A stretch of 43,568 nucleotides of DNA from Octopus bimaculoides. Its lineage: Eukaryota. Location of the stretch: positions 48,614,854-48,658,421 of the forward strand of contig NC_068996.1 of NCBI RefSeq assembly GCF_001194135.2, given 5' to 3'. How positions within the stretch are numbered: position 1 is the first letter of the stretch; the number at the start of each line of letters is the position of its first letter. The notes under the pieces are model-generated. The model saw only the letters and a list, made by a program, of their open reading frames with translations. It made no database searches and was not told where the DNA came from. Both the position numbers and the translations under genes were made by a program. Below are positions 12,294 to 23,269 of this stretch, piece by piece.

Positions 12294-12441
12294 GGTAAAT
12301 TTTCAGATTAACACCCGCACGAATTTTACTAGAGTGTTAGGATGGGAATTCCGTCCCTAACCCTAACCCTAACCTTAGCCCTAAAACCCTAACCCTAACA
12401 CCCAAGTGAAAACCGTGCGGGTGTTAAACGGAAAATTTACC
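12294..12441. mobile_element. Merlin-like MITE (148 bp) with an internal (CCCTAA)n tract
   Basis: 28-bp TIRs (GGTAAATTTTC..AACACCCGCACG, 2 mismatches), GG..CC termini, and a perfect 8-bp TSD CAAGAGAT at 12286-12293 and 12442-12449. Confidence 0.85.
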
Positions 12442-12784
12442 CAAGAGATTTTAGATGTACAGTATGTGGACGAATAATGACACTCATTGCTGATACATGC
12501 ACAAAGAGATGGGCTAAAATATTGTCGTCCAAGTCAGAAGGAGTCAGTAAGGAGTGGAATTTTTTTTTTTTTTTTTGCATAGCAATGGGGCATATTGGGA
12601 CTTCTTTATTTAAGTAGAACCAAATTAAATTTCATGGCACTCAGTTACAATGAGGAGATTCTGCTTCACAGAGTGTGACAAGGCTGGCCCTTTGAAATAC
12701 GGGTACAGCTCACTTAAAATTGTTTTTCTCTGGTTTTTAAATATTAATTCCAAACTTTTGGGGTTTTTTTTTTCAATAGCAACC

Positions 12785-13300
12785 GATGTCTGTGAAGGAC
12801 TAAGATGTCACTGTGGAAGACCCCTCGACTCCACAGGCTTTCATGGTTTGTCTTGATGCCTAAATGCTGGTCATTTTGCTTGTCACACCTAATCATTAAG
12901 CTGTTCCTGGCTCGGGTTGATATCCCCTCAGTTCTCAAGCAGGTGGGATAAACCAGAAGTGATAGGAAGAGACCAGACGGTCTTATTCCCTGGGTAAGAG
13001 ATAGGTGCTTCATTTAGGACTCCTTTGCTTCCTCCCATATCTTGGATGCTGCAGTAAATGGGAGAATCACTGCTTTCATAGCCTAACAGAATGAATTCCT
13101 CAAATATCACGATTTGTGAATGAACTATCTCTTCTGGCCTGTAGTGTTTGAGGTGTTTGGAGAGGCTAGATCATTAACAGCAAAGTTCTTGTCATCATTG
13201 GCATCTTGCCTTATCGAAGTGCCCATGAGGGTGCTTGGTTATTCCAATGCCTTAGCCTCATCAACACTTGCAGTAATACTGTGAGCATGTTGGCTTGGTG
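12785..13300 (+). mobile_element. CRE-like RLE non-LTR retrotransposon remnant (zinc knuckle plus endonuclease)
   Basis: Decayed frame: CHCGRPLDSTGFHGLSC..H, IPSVL, DRKRPDG(L)IPW, KYHDL..FWPVVFEVFG, FLSSLASCLIEV..HEGAWLFQCLS. Contains stops and frameshifts. Confidence 0.8.
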
Positions 13301-13500
13301 ACCAAGAAAAAAGTCATGGTAATAAGGTCACAATTTTGGCTAGGAAAAAAAAGTCACAGAAAAAAAAAAATGTCACAATTAATTTATGGTCGCCGGTAAT
13401 AAAGTCACAATTAATTTATGGGATCCAGACAAAACCTCCCCGAACAAAACCCCTGTGACTTTATTACTGTGACTCTTTCCCTGTGACTTTTTTAAATCTG
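13300..13500. repeat. Small foldback/MITE-like element built of AAAGTCACA and TGTGACTTT subunits
   Basis: Several aa(a/g)gtcaca units on the left and three inverted tgtgact(t/c)t units on the right. Confidence 0.55.
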
Positions 13501-14481
13501 GATTTGTTGGCTTGTTTTAGTAGGTTCTGTTGAACTTTGTGGTGTGCGACCATTTAAGGCATTTGATACTGAATTGATGTTTTTTTTTTCCTTTCTTCTT
13601 ATTTTTCTTCCTCGTTTTTCTCTTTTATTCATCGTTCACTCATATTTGTGTTTCCTTTTCCTTCACTCATGTGTTATGTTTTTGGATACGGATTTTAATG
13701 CAAATTATTTATGTAACTAAGTAAAGGTACCTTTAATGTACGAAAATAATTCCAAATGTTTCAGAATATAATAAAATGACTAAAACTAATGAAAAACAGA
13801 AAATAAAACCCTTTCAGTGGAGGTTGCTGGCTTTTTTTTTTGTTTGTTTGTTTTTGTTTTGGTAGTAATGGTGGTGGTGGTGGTAGGGATGACGTTTAAA
13901 ATACACAAATTAAATTTTTCTTTCTTCTAAAATTTGTTTCAGAATATAGAATAAAGGGGAAAAAAATTAATGATAATGGCTGTCATGGTGCAGGGGAGAA
14001 GGGACAGAACATAGAAAAAAAATTACAGATTAAATTTTTTATATATATAAAAGGCTTTTCTGCCATCATTTGGAAGTACGTGGTTCAAAAAAAAAAAGAA
14101 ACTGAAAAATCCTGTCGAAAACATTGGTGATTCCATTTATGTGACTTAGTTATTCCAAAACTCCACCTCATGAAGTATTTTCTTGTTTATATTATATTTA
14201 AGCACTTGAATATAACAGTACAGAAAAATGTAGGATGTTATTGCCCTAAACAAGACCTATATTATCTCACTGCAAGCTTGATGGTTTCTCGTTTGACTGC
14301 TTCCAATTCCTAACTTCCATTTTCATTCTCATAATCCCACATGCCACTCATTTGGTCTTTTATTTGGTAACTGCTGAGTACGAAATTATGAACTCTAAAA
14401 ATGTTGCTGACTTTTTTCTTTCCTCCTAAATATGTTAGATAACTATTTTTACCGGTTAGTACACTTTTTTGGAAACCTAAT

Positions 14482-15434
14482 GGATCTTTTCCCTTTAAAC
14501 GGCAGATCGAGAAATTAATTTTTTGTAACTAAACACTTTCAAACTTCAGCCACTGGTAGAATGTGTCATATAAAACATCTTTTACTCTTAGTGATGTTGA
14601 GAAAAGTTTATATTTATGCAGTTATTTCATGTTAATGTTGTCATATTTCAGTAATTTCAACCAATCAATGATGTGTATTCAACTGAATAAAATTACTGCT
14701 GTTGTTTGTCAACAACAACTATCGGCGGTGTATATTTCGTTTGTCACTGTTATTTATGACATCGTTCGTGCGTTTGTACTGGTTTTAGCTTTAGGGGGTT
14801 AGGGTTAGGGTTCGAGTATCAGAGTTAGGGTTAGGGTTTTAGGGTTAGGGATAGGGTTTTAGAGTTAGGGTTAGGGTTGGGGTTTTGGGGTTAGGGTTAA
14901 GGGGTTAGGGTTAGGGTTGAGGTGTTAGGGTTAGGGTTGGGATTTTAGGGTTAAAGTTGCGGAAAAATGTGAAAAATGAAGAAATTGGAGGGAGATGGGG
15001 AGGGGGGCAAAAATGTCTTTCCGAAAATAGTAGCTGAAAAACAGGAAAAAAAAAGCTAAAGGCAGTAGAAATGCACGAACGATTGTGGTGGTGCCATGAA
15101 GTAAACATGCTTGAGATACATTTGTTTATTCATACAAATGTAACTGAGATGAAATATGTCATGAGTAACAGTGACAAACGAAATATACACCGCCGGAAGT
15201 TGTTGTTGACAAACAACAGCAGTAATTGTTTTCACCTTAATAAACGTCTGATTGGTTGAAATTACCGAAATACAACAACTTTAGCACGAAATAACTTCAA
15301 AAATATAAACTTTTCTCAACAACACTAAGAATAAAAGATATTTTATATGACACATTCTACCAGTGTCGAAAGTTTGAAAGTGTTTGGTTAAAAAAAATTA
15401 ACTTCTTGATCTGCCATTCAAAGGGAAGAGACCC
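14482..15434. mobile_element. ~950-bp foldback element with ~300-bp inverted arms and a degenerate (TTAGGG)n core
   Basis: Left arm ggatcttttccctttaaacggcagatc..ggtagaatgtgtcatataaaa..atcgttcgtgcgtttgtactgg is the reverse complement of the right arm (~15052-15434). Telomere-like core at ~14790-14952. No clear TSD. Confidence 0.85.
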
Positions 15435-15779
15435 AACTTTCGTCACCCTCTTTCTCCCCACCCACCTTCATCATAGTAATGCTAGACTTACATACGACCT
15501 TCCTCTCTCTCTCTTTCCTTTTTTCCTCCCCTCCCACTATTCCAGCCCTTTATTTCTATAACTAGTTGGCCATACACGTTTGAGGAGTTGATTAAACGGT
15601 AGTTTAGGTGAGCATTTGCATCTAATATCTGCTTGTGTAACTGTTATTCCTGCTGGCAAATACCTCATCATCATCGTTTAATGTCTGCCTTCCATTCTGG
15701 CAAATGCCTGTGCAAATCTTCTCCTTTCCACGTGCTAAATGCCATTCCACATTTCCTTGTTCACTCTTTCGACCCCCAT

Positions 15780-18200
15780 CTGCATCATTAGAGTTGGCAC
15801 AATCAGTTCTGACCCATTGGAATGTAAGTCTAGTGAGATTGTTGAGATGTTAGAATGGAGGTGTGTAAATGTATGTAGCAGTCAAGAGTAAAAGTGGAGA
15901 GGAGTCTCAGCTAGGTTTCTCACAGGCAAACAACACATGTTTTCTTGGCAGGCATTAGTGACGAGGTATAGGATGTGGGCATAGGTTTAGCTGAGAAATT
16001 GGTGGTTAAGGAAATCAAGATAGTCAGAGTATACTGTAGTAGGATATTTATGCTTAGATTAGTTTTACAAAGTAGAACAGCAATTATTATTTCTGGCTAT
16101 GGTCCTCAACCACGACTGCCAGACAAACAAATGGATCAGTTTTATGATATTCTTTTGCAAACTAATTTGATGATAAATGATGGTGACCTAATCTTTATGG
16201 CTGGTGATTTCAATGGGCATGACGGGCAGCATCCTGGTTCCTGAAACAAGGCTCTTGGAGTTTTGTGACACAAATTGCCTAATGATCTGCAACACTAACT
16301 TCGGGAAAGCAGCCAGTCACCTGATCCCCTATCAATCTGGTGGCCACATGAGCTAAATTGACTATGTTCTTTAAAGGAGCACTCCGTCAGTTACGACGAC
16401 GAGGGTCCCAGCTGATACGATCAACAGAACAGCCTGCTCGTGAAATTAATGTGCAAGTGACTGAGCAATCCACAGACACGTGTACCCTTAACGTAGTTCT
16501 CAGGGAGACTCAGCGTGACACAGAGTGTAACAAGGCCAGCCCTTTGAAATACAGGTACTACTCATTTTTGCCAGATGAGTGGAGTGGAGCAACGTGAAAT
16601 AAAGTGTCTTGCTCAAGACGCTGGGAATTGAACTCACAACCTTACGATCGTGAGCCAAATGCCCTAACCACTAAGCCATGCACTTTACTAGCAAACAGGA
16701 TAGATAGTTGCTCTTAGATGCAAAGACCTTGACAACATAGGTTAGTCATTACTAACCTCTATTTTAGGTTAAAAGGACTCTAAGTAACAAACTAAGGAAG
16801 ATATGGAAGCTTAACGGTCCTTTGAATAGTCAGAGATTTAGATACAACCTAACTGAAGCATTTGACAAGAAAGAGGAGATAGAAACATATAACATAGAAG
16901 ACAACTTTGGGAAGTTCCTTTGGGATAACCTACTAAGGATCACAGCCCAAATTTGTGGCTGGGGCAAAGTTCCAGCCAGACCTAAGGTGACATGATGGTA
17001 GAACAATGAAGTGAACAAGCAATAAGAACAAAGAAACAGGTATGAAAGGACCAGTAGTGTGGAAGTAGAAAAAAACTATACCAGATAGCTAGAAGGGAAG
17101 CTAGCTGGTGGGTATACTTAGCCAAGGGAAAAGCAGAGAGGAAGAAGTTTACCAATGTTCTGCAGTGTGAGGACTTGAGATGTGAAGTTTTCTGGATTAC
17201 AAGATAGTATATCAGAGAAAATCATGATGTTGTTGAAGTATGTTCAAATGAATGATGGTACATTTGCTGTGAGGGATTCTGTAAAGAAAGAGGCATGTAA
17301 ATGTCACTATGAAAGGGTTACTAATTGTGGAGAACACATGGGAAGAGAACCCAACAGAGGAATCAGCCATCTGAGTTGACAGCTACATGATAGGTAAGGT
17401 AATTAAGGATATGAAGAGAGGAAAAACTCCTGTTCCATCTGGAATTATCACTGAGATGCTTAAAATATTTGGCATAGTGGGATATGACTTGCTCACCTGT
17501 ATAACTAATCAGGTTATCCAGGAAGGGGTCATAACCAATGACTAGTGTTGTAGTATTATAGTCAACTACTAATAAGGTAAAGGAGATACCTTTAGGCAGA
17601 AGTAATTACAAAGGTATCAAATTGCTGACCCAGTCATGGGAGTTATATAGAAAGGGTTATTAGCTCAACTAATTAGGCAGAATGTTAACCAAGATAAGAT
17701 GCTCTTTGATTTTGTTCCAGGGAGAAGCATTACCAATGCTTTCTTCCTGGTAACACAACTTCAGGAGAAGAATTCAGCCAAAAATAAACCATTGTATTTG
17801 GCATTTGTCGATATGGAGAAAGCATTTGACAGGGTCTCCCACTCCTTCATCTGGTGGTCACTACAGAAGTTAGGGATAGATGAGTGGTTAGTGAGAGGTG
17901 TGGAAGCCATGTACAGGGATGCTGTTAGTAGAGTAAAGGTCAGCAATGTGTGTAGCAAAGAAATTTCAGGTGTGGAAGTAAAAACTTGGAATCAACGGGC
18001 ATTAGAGTTAATTTAGCAAAGACCAAAGTGCTAGAAAGCAGAAAAGCAAGAAAATTACTAATGGCCCTTTTTGATATGTAGAAAAGGTGTAGGTAGAAAT
18101 TCCATACAGCATACCCAGTGCAAGCTTTGGACACATAAGAAGTGCTATGGAATCACAGGAAGATTAACAGAGAAAGTAGTATGGCAGATGTGCAGGGACA
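15780..18200 (+). mobile_element. Decayed RTE-clade LINE (APE endonuclease plus partial RT plus Cys-rich C-terminal motif), interrupted by a SINE
   Basis: EN motifs EIVEMLEWRCVNV..QE*KWRG, ISGYGPQ, AGDFNGH. RT motifs FVPGRSITNAFF..QLQEK..KPLYLAFVDMEKAFDRV. Later GIRVNLAKTKV-like and CRKGVGRNSI..CKLWTHKKC motifs. Many stops. Confidence 0.9.
16372..16690 (-). mobile_element. SINE family C, inserted in the RTE remnant
   Basis: tRNA-like head on the minus strand (ggcttagtggttagggc..gagttcaattccc) and CORE-like cttgagcaagacac segment. Confidence 0.85.
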
Positions 18201-18242
18201 ATAATGATGATAATGATGATATATGTGTGTGTGTGTGTGTGT

Positions 18243-18590
18243 GCAGGAGTGGCTGTGGGGTAAGCAGCTTGCTTACCACATGTTTCTGGGTTCAGTCCCA
18301 CTGCATGGCACTTTGGGCAAGTGTCTTCTGCTATAGCCTCAGGCCGACCAAAGCCTTACGAGTGGATTTGGTAGACGGAAACTAAAAGGAGGCCATCATA
18401 TATGTGTATATGTGTGTGTGTGTGTATTTGTCGCCCCAACATCGCTTGACAACTGATGCTGGTGTGTTTACATCCCTGTAACTCAGTGGTTTGGCATAGG
18501 CTTACAAAAAATAAGTCCTGGAAGTCAATTTGTTCGACTAAAGGTGGTGCTCCAACATGGCCACAGTCAAATGACTGAAACAAATAAAAA
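18243..18590 (+). mobile_element. SINE family A copy
   Basis: Homology to the other family A copies. Confidence 0.85.
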
Positions 18591-18599
18591 AATATACAC

Positions 18600-18755
18600 A
18601 TACATATACGACAGACTTCTTTCAAGTTCTGTCAACCAAATCCACTCACAAGGCTTTGGGCTGCATGGTACTGTAATAAAAGACACTTCCCTAAGGTGCC
18701 ACAAAGTGGGATTGAACCAAAAAACACATGATTAGGAAGCAGACTTTTTAATTAT
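18600..18755 (-). mobile_element. SINE family A 5' fragment, inverted relative to the adjacent copy
   Basis: Reverse complement of the family A head (ccaaatccactcacaaggctttg..ggattgaacc..acatg). Confidence 0.75.
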
Positions 18756-18805
18756 GTGGCCAAATTTATATAATACGAAACAGATTTAAATAATTGATTA
18801 CTCAC

Positions 18806-18915
18806 GAAGAACAGCTTCTTGCTTCTTTTTTTCGAGTTTTCGAATGAGCTGAGCAACTCCTGGGTCTTGGTACATATCAAATGCCAAGTCATCCAATGGC
18901 GAAATATAATCTGGC
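18806..18915 (-). CDS. CEP104: CEP104 coding exon (110 nt; (R)PDYISPLDDLAFDMYQDPGVAQLIRKLEKKKQEAVL)
   Basis: Acceptor gtttttgccag| and donor |gtgagt. Near-identical to the CEP104 motif DYISPLDDLAFDMYQDPEVAQIIRKL. Confidence 0.95.
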
Positions 18916-19016
18916 CTGGCAAAAACAAACAACAACAACAAACAGTATAGTATCACTGAGCAACTATACACACACGCCAACACACANNNNNNNNNNTATA
19001 TATATATATATATATC

Positions 19017-19555
19017 ATCACCATCATCATCGTTTAACGTCTGCTTTCCATGCTAGCATGGGTTGGACGATTTGACTGAGGACTGGTGGACCAGATGGCT
19101 GTACTAGGCTCCAATATGATTTTGCAGAGTTTCTACAGCTGAATGCCCTTCCTAACGCCAACCACTCCGAGAGTGTAGTGGGTGCTTTTACATGCCACTG
19201 GCACGAAGGCCAGTCAAGCGGTACTGACAATGGCCACGCTCAAAATGGTGTATTTTACATGCCACCTGCACAGGAACCAGTCCAGTGGCACTGGCAACAA
19301 TCTCGGTCAAATGTCTTTACACGTGCCACTGGCACAAGTGCCAGGAAGGCTACACTGGGCACAGGTGCCATCACGATTTTGCCTTCGCTTGCTTCAACAG
19401 GTCTTTGAAAGCAGAATTTCGTGTCCAATGAAGGAGATAACGTTAGCATGGGTACCAGCCATCGAATTTAGTTCGATTTCGATTTCACTTGCCTCAACAG
19501 GTCTTCACAAGTGGAGTTTAATGTCCAATAAAGGAAGGTACAAGTTTGAGGAGTG
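19017..19555 (-). mobile_element. Repeat family B (..agcacccactacactctcggagtggttggcgttaggaagggc.. with (GAT)n tail)
   Basis: Homologous to plus-strand copies at ~24565, 24890, 29260, 37130 and 40930, and a minus copy at 30965. Ends in a (GAT/CAT)n tail like RTE 3' ends. Confidence 0.8.
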
Positions 19556-20039
19556 CTGAAAAGTTCCTCGCTTTTGGTAAAAGAAGATATAGGAGGATCA
19601 GCTAATTATGATTTTATTCAACCCTTTCTCTTTCTCTGATTCACACAGTTATTGCAACACTCCTTCAGAGTTTCTAAGCCCTGTAAAAAGAACTCAGAAG
19701 ATTGGGCCTCCAACCAGGCTTTTCATGATACCCTTAAGGCCAGGAACTTTACAGCATTCCCTCATATGTATATACATATAGGTATAACATATATAAGGCA
19801 TGTATTACGTAATCAATACAGCATTTTGATGAAACACGTGTATGCTCCATAAAGAATTGAATACCATAGTTTTTCTGTTAAGTTATTATTTCTATTATTT
19901 GGCTTATAATCACGCTTGGCTATCCTGAGGTTAATGCCCCACATCATACTACACTGGATACTGGAGGAAAGGGAAGAACTCACCATGCACTAATCTTTGG
20001 TTATGTGTCATGTTTTACAATACCTGTTTTTTTCTTGTA

Positions 20040-20430
20040 CATATAATACATACATAAAAATATATATACATGCATACATACGAAGATACATACAAACATA
20101 TGTATGTATGTAAGTACATACATACATACATACATATATACATACATACATATATACATACATGCATGCATATGCATGTACATACAGATATGCATACAAA
20201 CATACATACATGCATACATACAACCATATATACATGCATGCATGCATACATATATGCATGCATATATACATACATATATACAAACATACATACAAACATA
20301 TATACATACATACATACATACATGCATACATGCATACATACATACACACACATACATACATACATACAAACATATATACATGCATACATAAATACATACA
20401 CACACATATACATACATGTATACATATATA
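20040..20430. repeat. Degenerate (CATA)n/(TACA)n microsatellite
   Basis: Direct inspection. Confidence 0.9.
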
Positions 20431-20619
20431 CAAATGTGTGGCCATGAACATATATACAGAGTGTTCTGGTTTAAATTTAACAATTGTTTATGTCACTTTA
20501 TTTTTCAAGAACAACCTGATGTGTAGATGAACAGTCAACAGCATTGGAGAACATAAAGATCAAAGTTGTAGTTGAGAAAAAAATCAGCTTTGGAAGACTG
20601 GAAGTCCTCTGAATATTAG

Positions 20620-21215
20620 AAAGGGGTTACTTGTATCATGGTGATTCATGCCAGGTAACAAAATGCCAACATCGTGTCCGCTGTTCAATGTTCTGTGAAT
20701 ATTGTAAAGCACTAAGAGATGAAATGGACGTCATGAAAACAAGTTACCCCAAACTGTGATGGTCTTTGGGTGTGTCTCCAGTGAGAGTAATGTCATGCTG
20801 CTCCACATCTTTGAACAGGGACTTAGATGTGAAGCTGATGAACACTGTTCAAACCCTGGCTGGAGAGGGTTGCTGCTGGAGAGCCATATGCATGGTAGCA
20901 GGGTTCAGCTCCTTGTCATACTTCCAGAAACAGGTCAGAAGTGGTTACCAGAGAATTTCTATGACTTCACCAGCCCCAATTTCTGGCCTCTTAATTCCCC
21001 TGATTATAATCCCATGGATTATTATATGTGGGGGGTACCACTTGAGAAAGACACCAACTGCTCTGCTTGCTACACCAAGGCTGAACTGGTGGTCAAGATC
21101 AAGGAGGCCTCTAATGATCTTCCTGGGTTTACAGTGAGGAACACATGCACCAGGTTCTAGAATCACCTTGAGGTTGAGGTAGAAGCTGAGGGTGGTGGTT
21201 ACTTTCACTAAACTG
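20620..21215 (+). mobile_element. Decayed Tc1/mariner transposase, maT (DD37D)-like
   Basis: MKT..VMVFGCVSSESNVM..HIFEQGLR, KPWLERVAAGEPY, QKWLPENFYDFTSPNFWPLNSPDYNPMDYYMWG, VEAEGG. The WPPNSPDxNPxD-type motif is typical of maT. Frameshifted. Confidence 0.85.
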
Positions 21216-23269
21216 TTATCTCTCAGTTATAATCTAATTTCATATTTTTTGATTTTTTAAAAATACTTTTATTTTAGGATGGGATATTGTGTTTTTTATT
21301 TTTTTTTTCCTTTTAGGCAAACTGTCAAATTTAACCTAAACATCTTGTACATATGCACACATACACATGCACACATACATACACGTGCACACACACACAT
21401 TACCATTGTCATTGTTATACTTAGTCATTGTTATACTGATAACCCGTTGTTAGGACTCAATATAAACACAAAAGTTATTAATTGATTTGATGTTGGCTGG
21501 ATTGATTATTGATATGTGTTTATTGTCAAAACTGTGTCAGCATTTGACAAACACTAGATATCTTCAATCTGCTTATTTACTAACCAGAAGTAATATACCC
21601 TTAACGACAGTTGTACCTGTTGAGACACAACTAAAGTTTTATCGTGTTTTGTTTTTGTTTCCTCCTACCTGAATTAAGGCTGTTTTACTTGAAACAGTAT
21701 TTTATATGTTACTCCAGAGTGTACAAAATTGTTGAAATTTATGAACTTTGCATTGTGATGAGTGGTGTACTGCAGCATCTGACGGTCTGGTCAATAATGG
21801 GATACTGTGATGAACTTTACTGAGGATAAATGGATTAAGGTGAATTGAGATATCGTTTAGTCTGAGTTGTAAATTAATATTCGACGTGTAAACATAGAAT
21901 GATGAAAATCCATACATTAGATAAAGATTATTGGAGAAATGTATGGTGTTGGCATGGGATGTGAGATTATGAGGCATGATGTGCAAGCATCAGAGAGGAC
22001 AAGACTGAGGTTGATAAGATCCAGCTGCAGCACTGGATTAACCATTAAGCAAAATAAGCATGTCCTCAGGGAATCAAGAGATAGTTGGTGGTGGTAGTGG
22101 GAGGCCACCACAGAAATGGTAAATGGTTTATGGGACAAAAGAAATCACTTTAAACTTGCTGAAATAATATTTGAAGTGGTTTATATAACCATAAGATATA
22201 ATTTCGATGTGTTCATAGTGTTATAGCAAGGATCAGATCAAAGACTTTGTGATTAAAAAAAAAAAGGAAGAGAAAAAACATTTCAAATATAAATAAAGTG
22301 GAAGTTTACAAAAATAAACATTATATTCCATCTTTTTGTCTAGTTTTATTTCATTTTGAAAATTAAACATTTATTTTATGGTTTATTATTCTCTATATTT
22401 TGAATTACATCTACTTATAGGGACACCAAAATCTTTTCAGTGCATAGGGCTTCCATGGGTCTTAATCCAGCNNNNNNNNNNNNNNNNNNNNNNNNNNNNN
22501 NNNNNNNNNNNNNNNNNNNNNNNNNNNNNNNNNNNNNNNNNNNNNNNNNNNNNNNNNNNNNNNNNNNNNNNNNNNNNNNNNNNNNNNNNNNNNNNNNNNN
22601 NNNNNNNNNNNNNNNNNNNNNNNNNNNNNNNNNNNNNNNNNNNNNNNNNNNNNNNNNNNNNNNNNNNNNNNNNNNNNNNNNNNNNNNNNNNNNNNNNNNN
22701 NNNNNNNNNNNNNNNNNNNNNNNNNNNNNNNNNNNNNNNNNNNNNNNNNNNNNNNNNNNNNNNNNNNNNNNNNNNNNNNNNNNNNNNNNNNNNNNNNNNN
22801 NNNNNNNNNNNNNNNNNNNNNNNNNNNNNNNNNNNNNNNNNNNNNNNNNNNNNNNNNNNNNNNNNNNNNNNNNNNNNNNNNNNNNNNNNNNNNNNNNNNN
22901 NNNNNNNNNNNNNNNNNNNNNNNNNNNNNNNNNNNNNNNNNNNNNNNNNNNNNNNNNNNNNNNNNNNNNNNNNNNNNNNNNNNNNNNNNNNNNNNNNNNN
23001 NNNNNNNNNNNNNNNNNNNNNNNNNNNNNNNNNNNNNNNNNNNNNNNNNNNNTGCCACGCCTGCGCCTATGCAGACATTTGTCAACTAGCAACACAGACG
23101 TTTTTGTCTGTCGCCGCCGTTAATAATATCTTATATATTTATTTATTAATCGATATATTGTGTGAACATTTAAATGGGTATGTGAACTTGTATACCATGG
23201 AGAAATTATAGGTTGATGTGTTGAGTGAAAAGAGGAAAAAAATAACACACTCTGGTTAACGAATCAGAC

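Noticed and set aside
12450-12590. Plus-frame RCTVCGRIMTL.. as a Merlin transposase zinc-ribbon relic next to the MITE
   Set aside because: It lies outside the TSD-bounded element and only a CxxC pair is present, which can arise by chance.
14790-14952. (TTAGGG)n as a true or fused telomere
   Set aside because: Short, degenerate and enclosed by inverted arms of a repeat element inside an intron.
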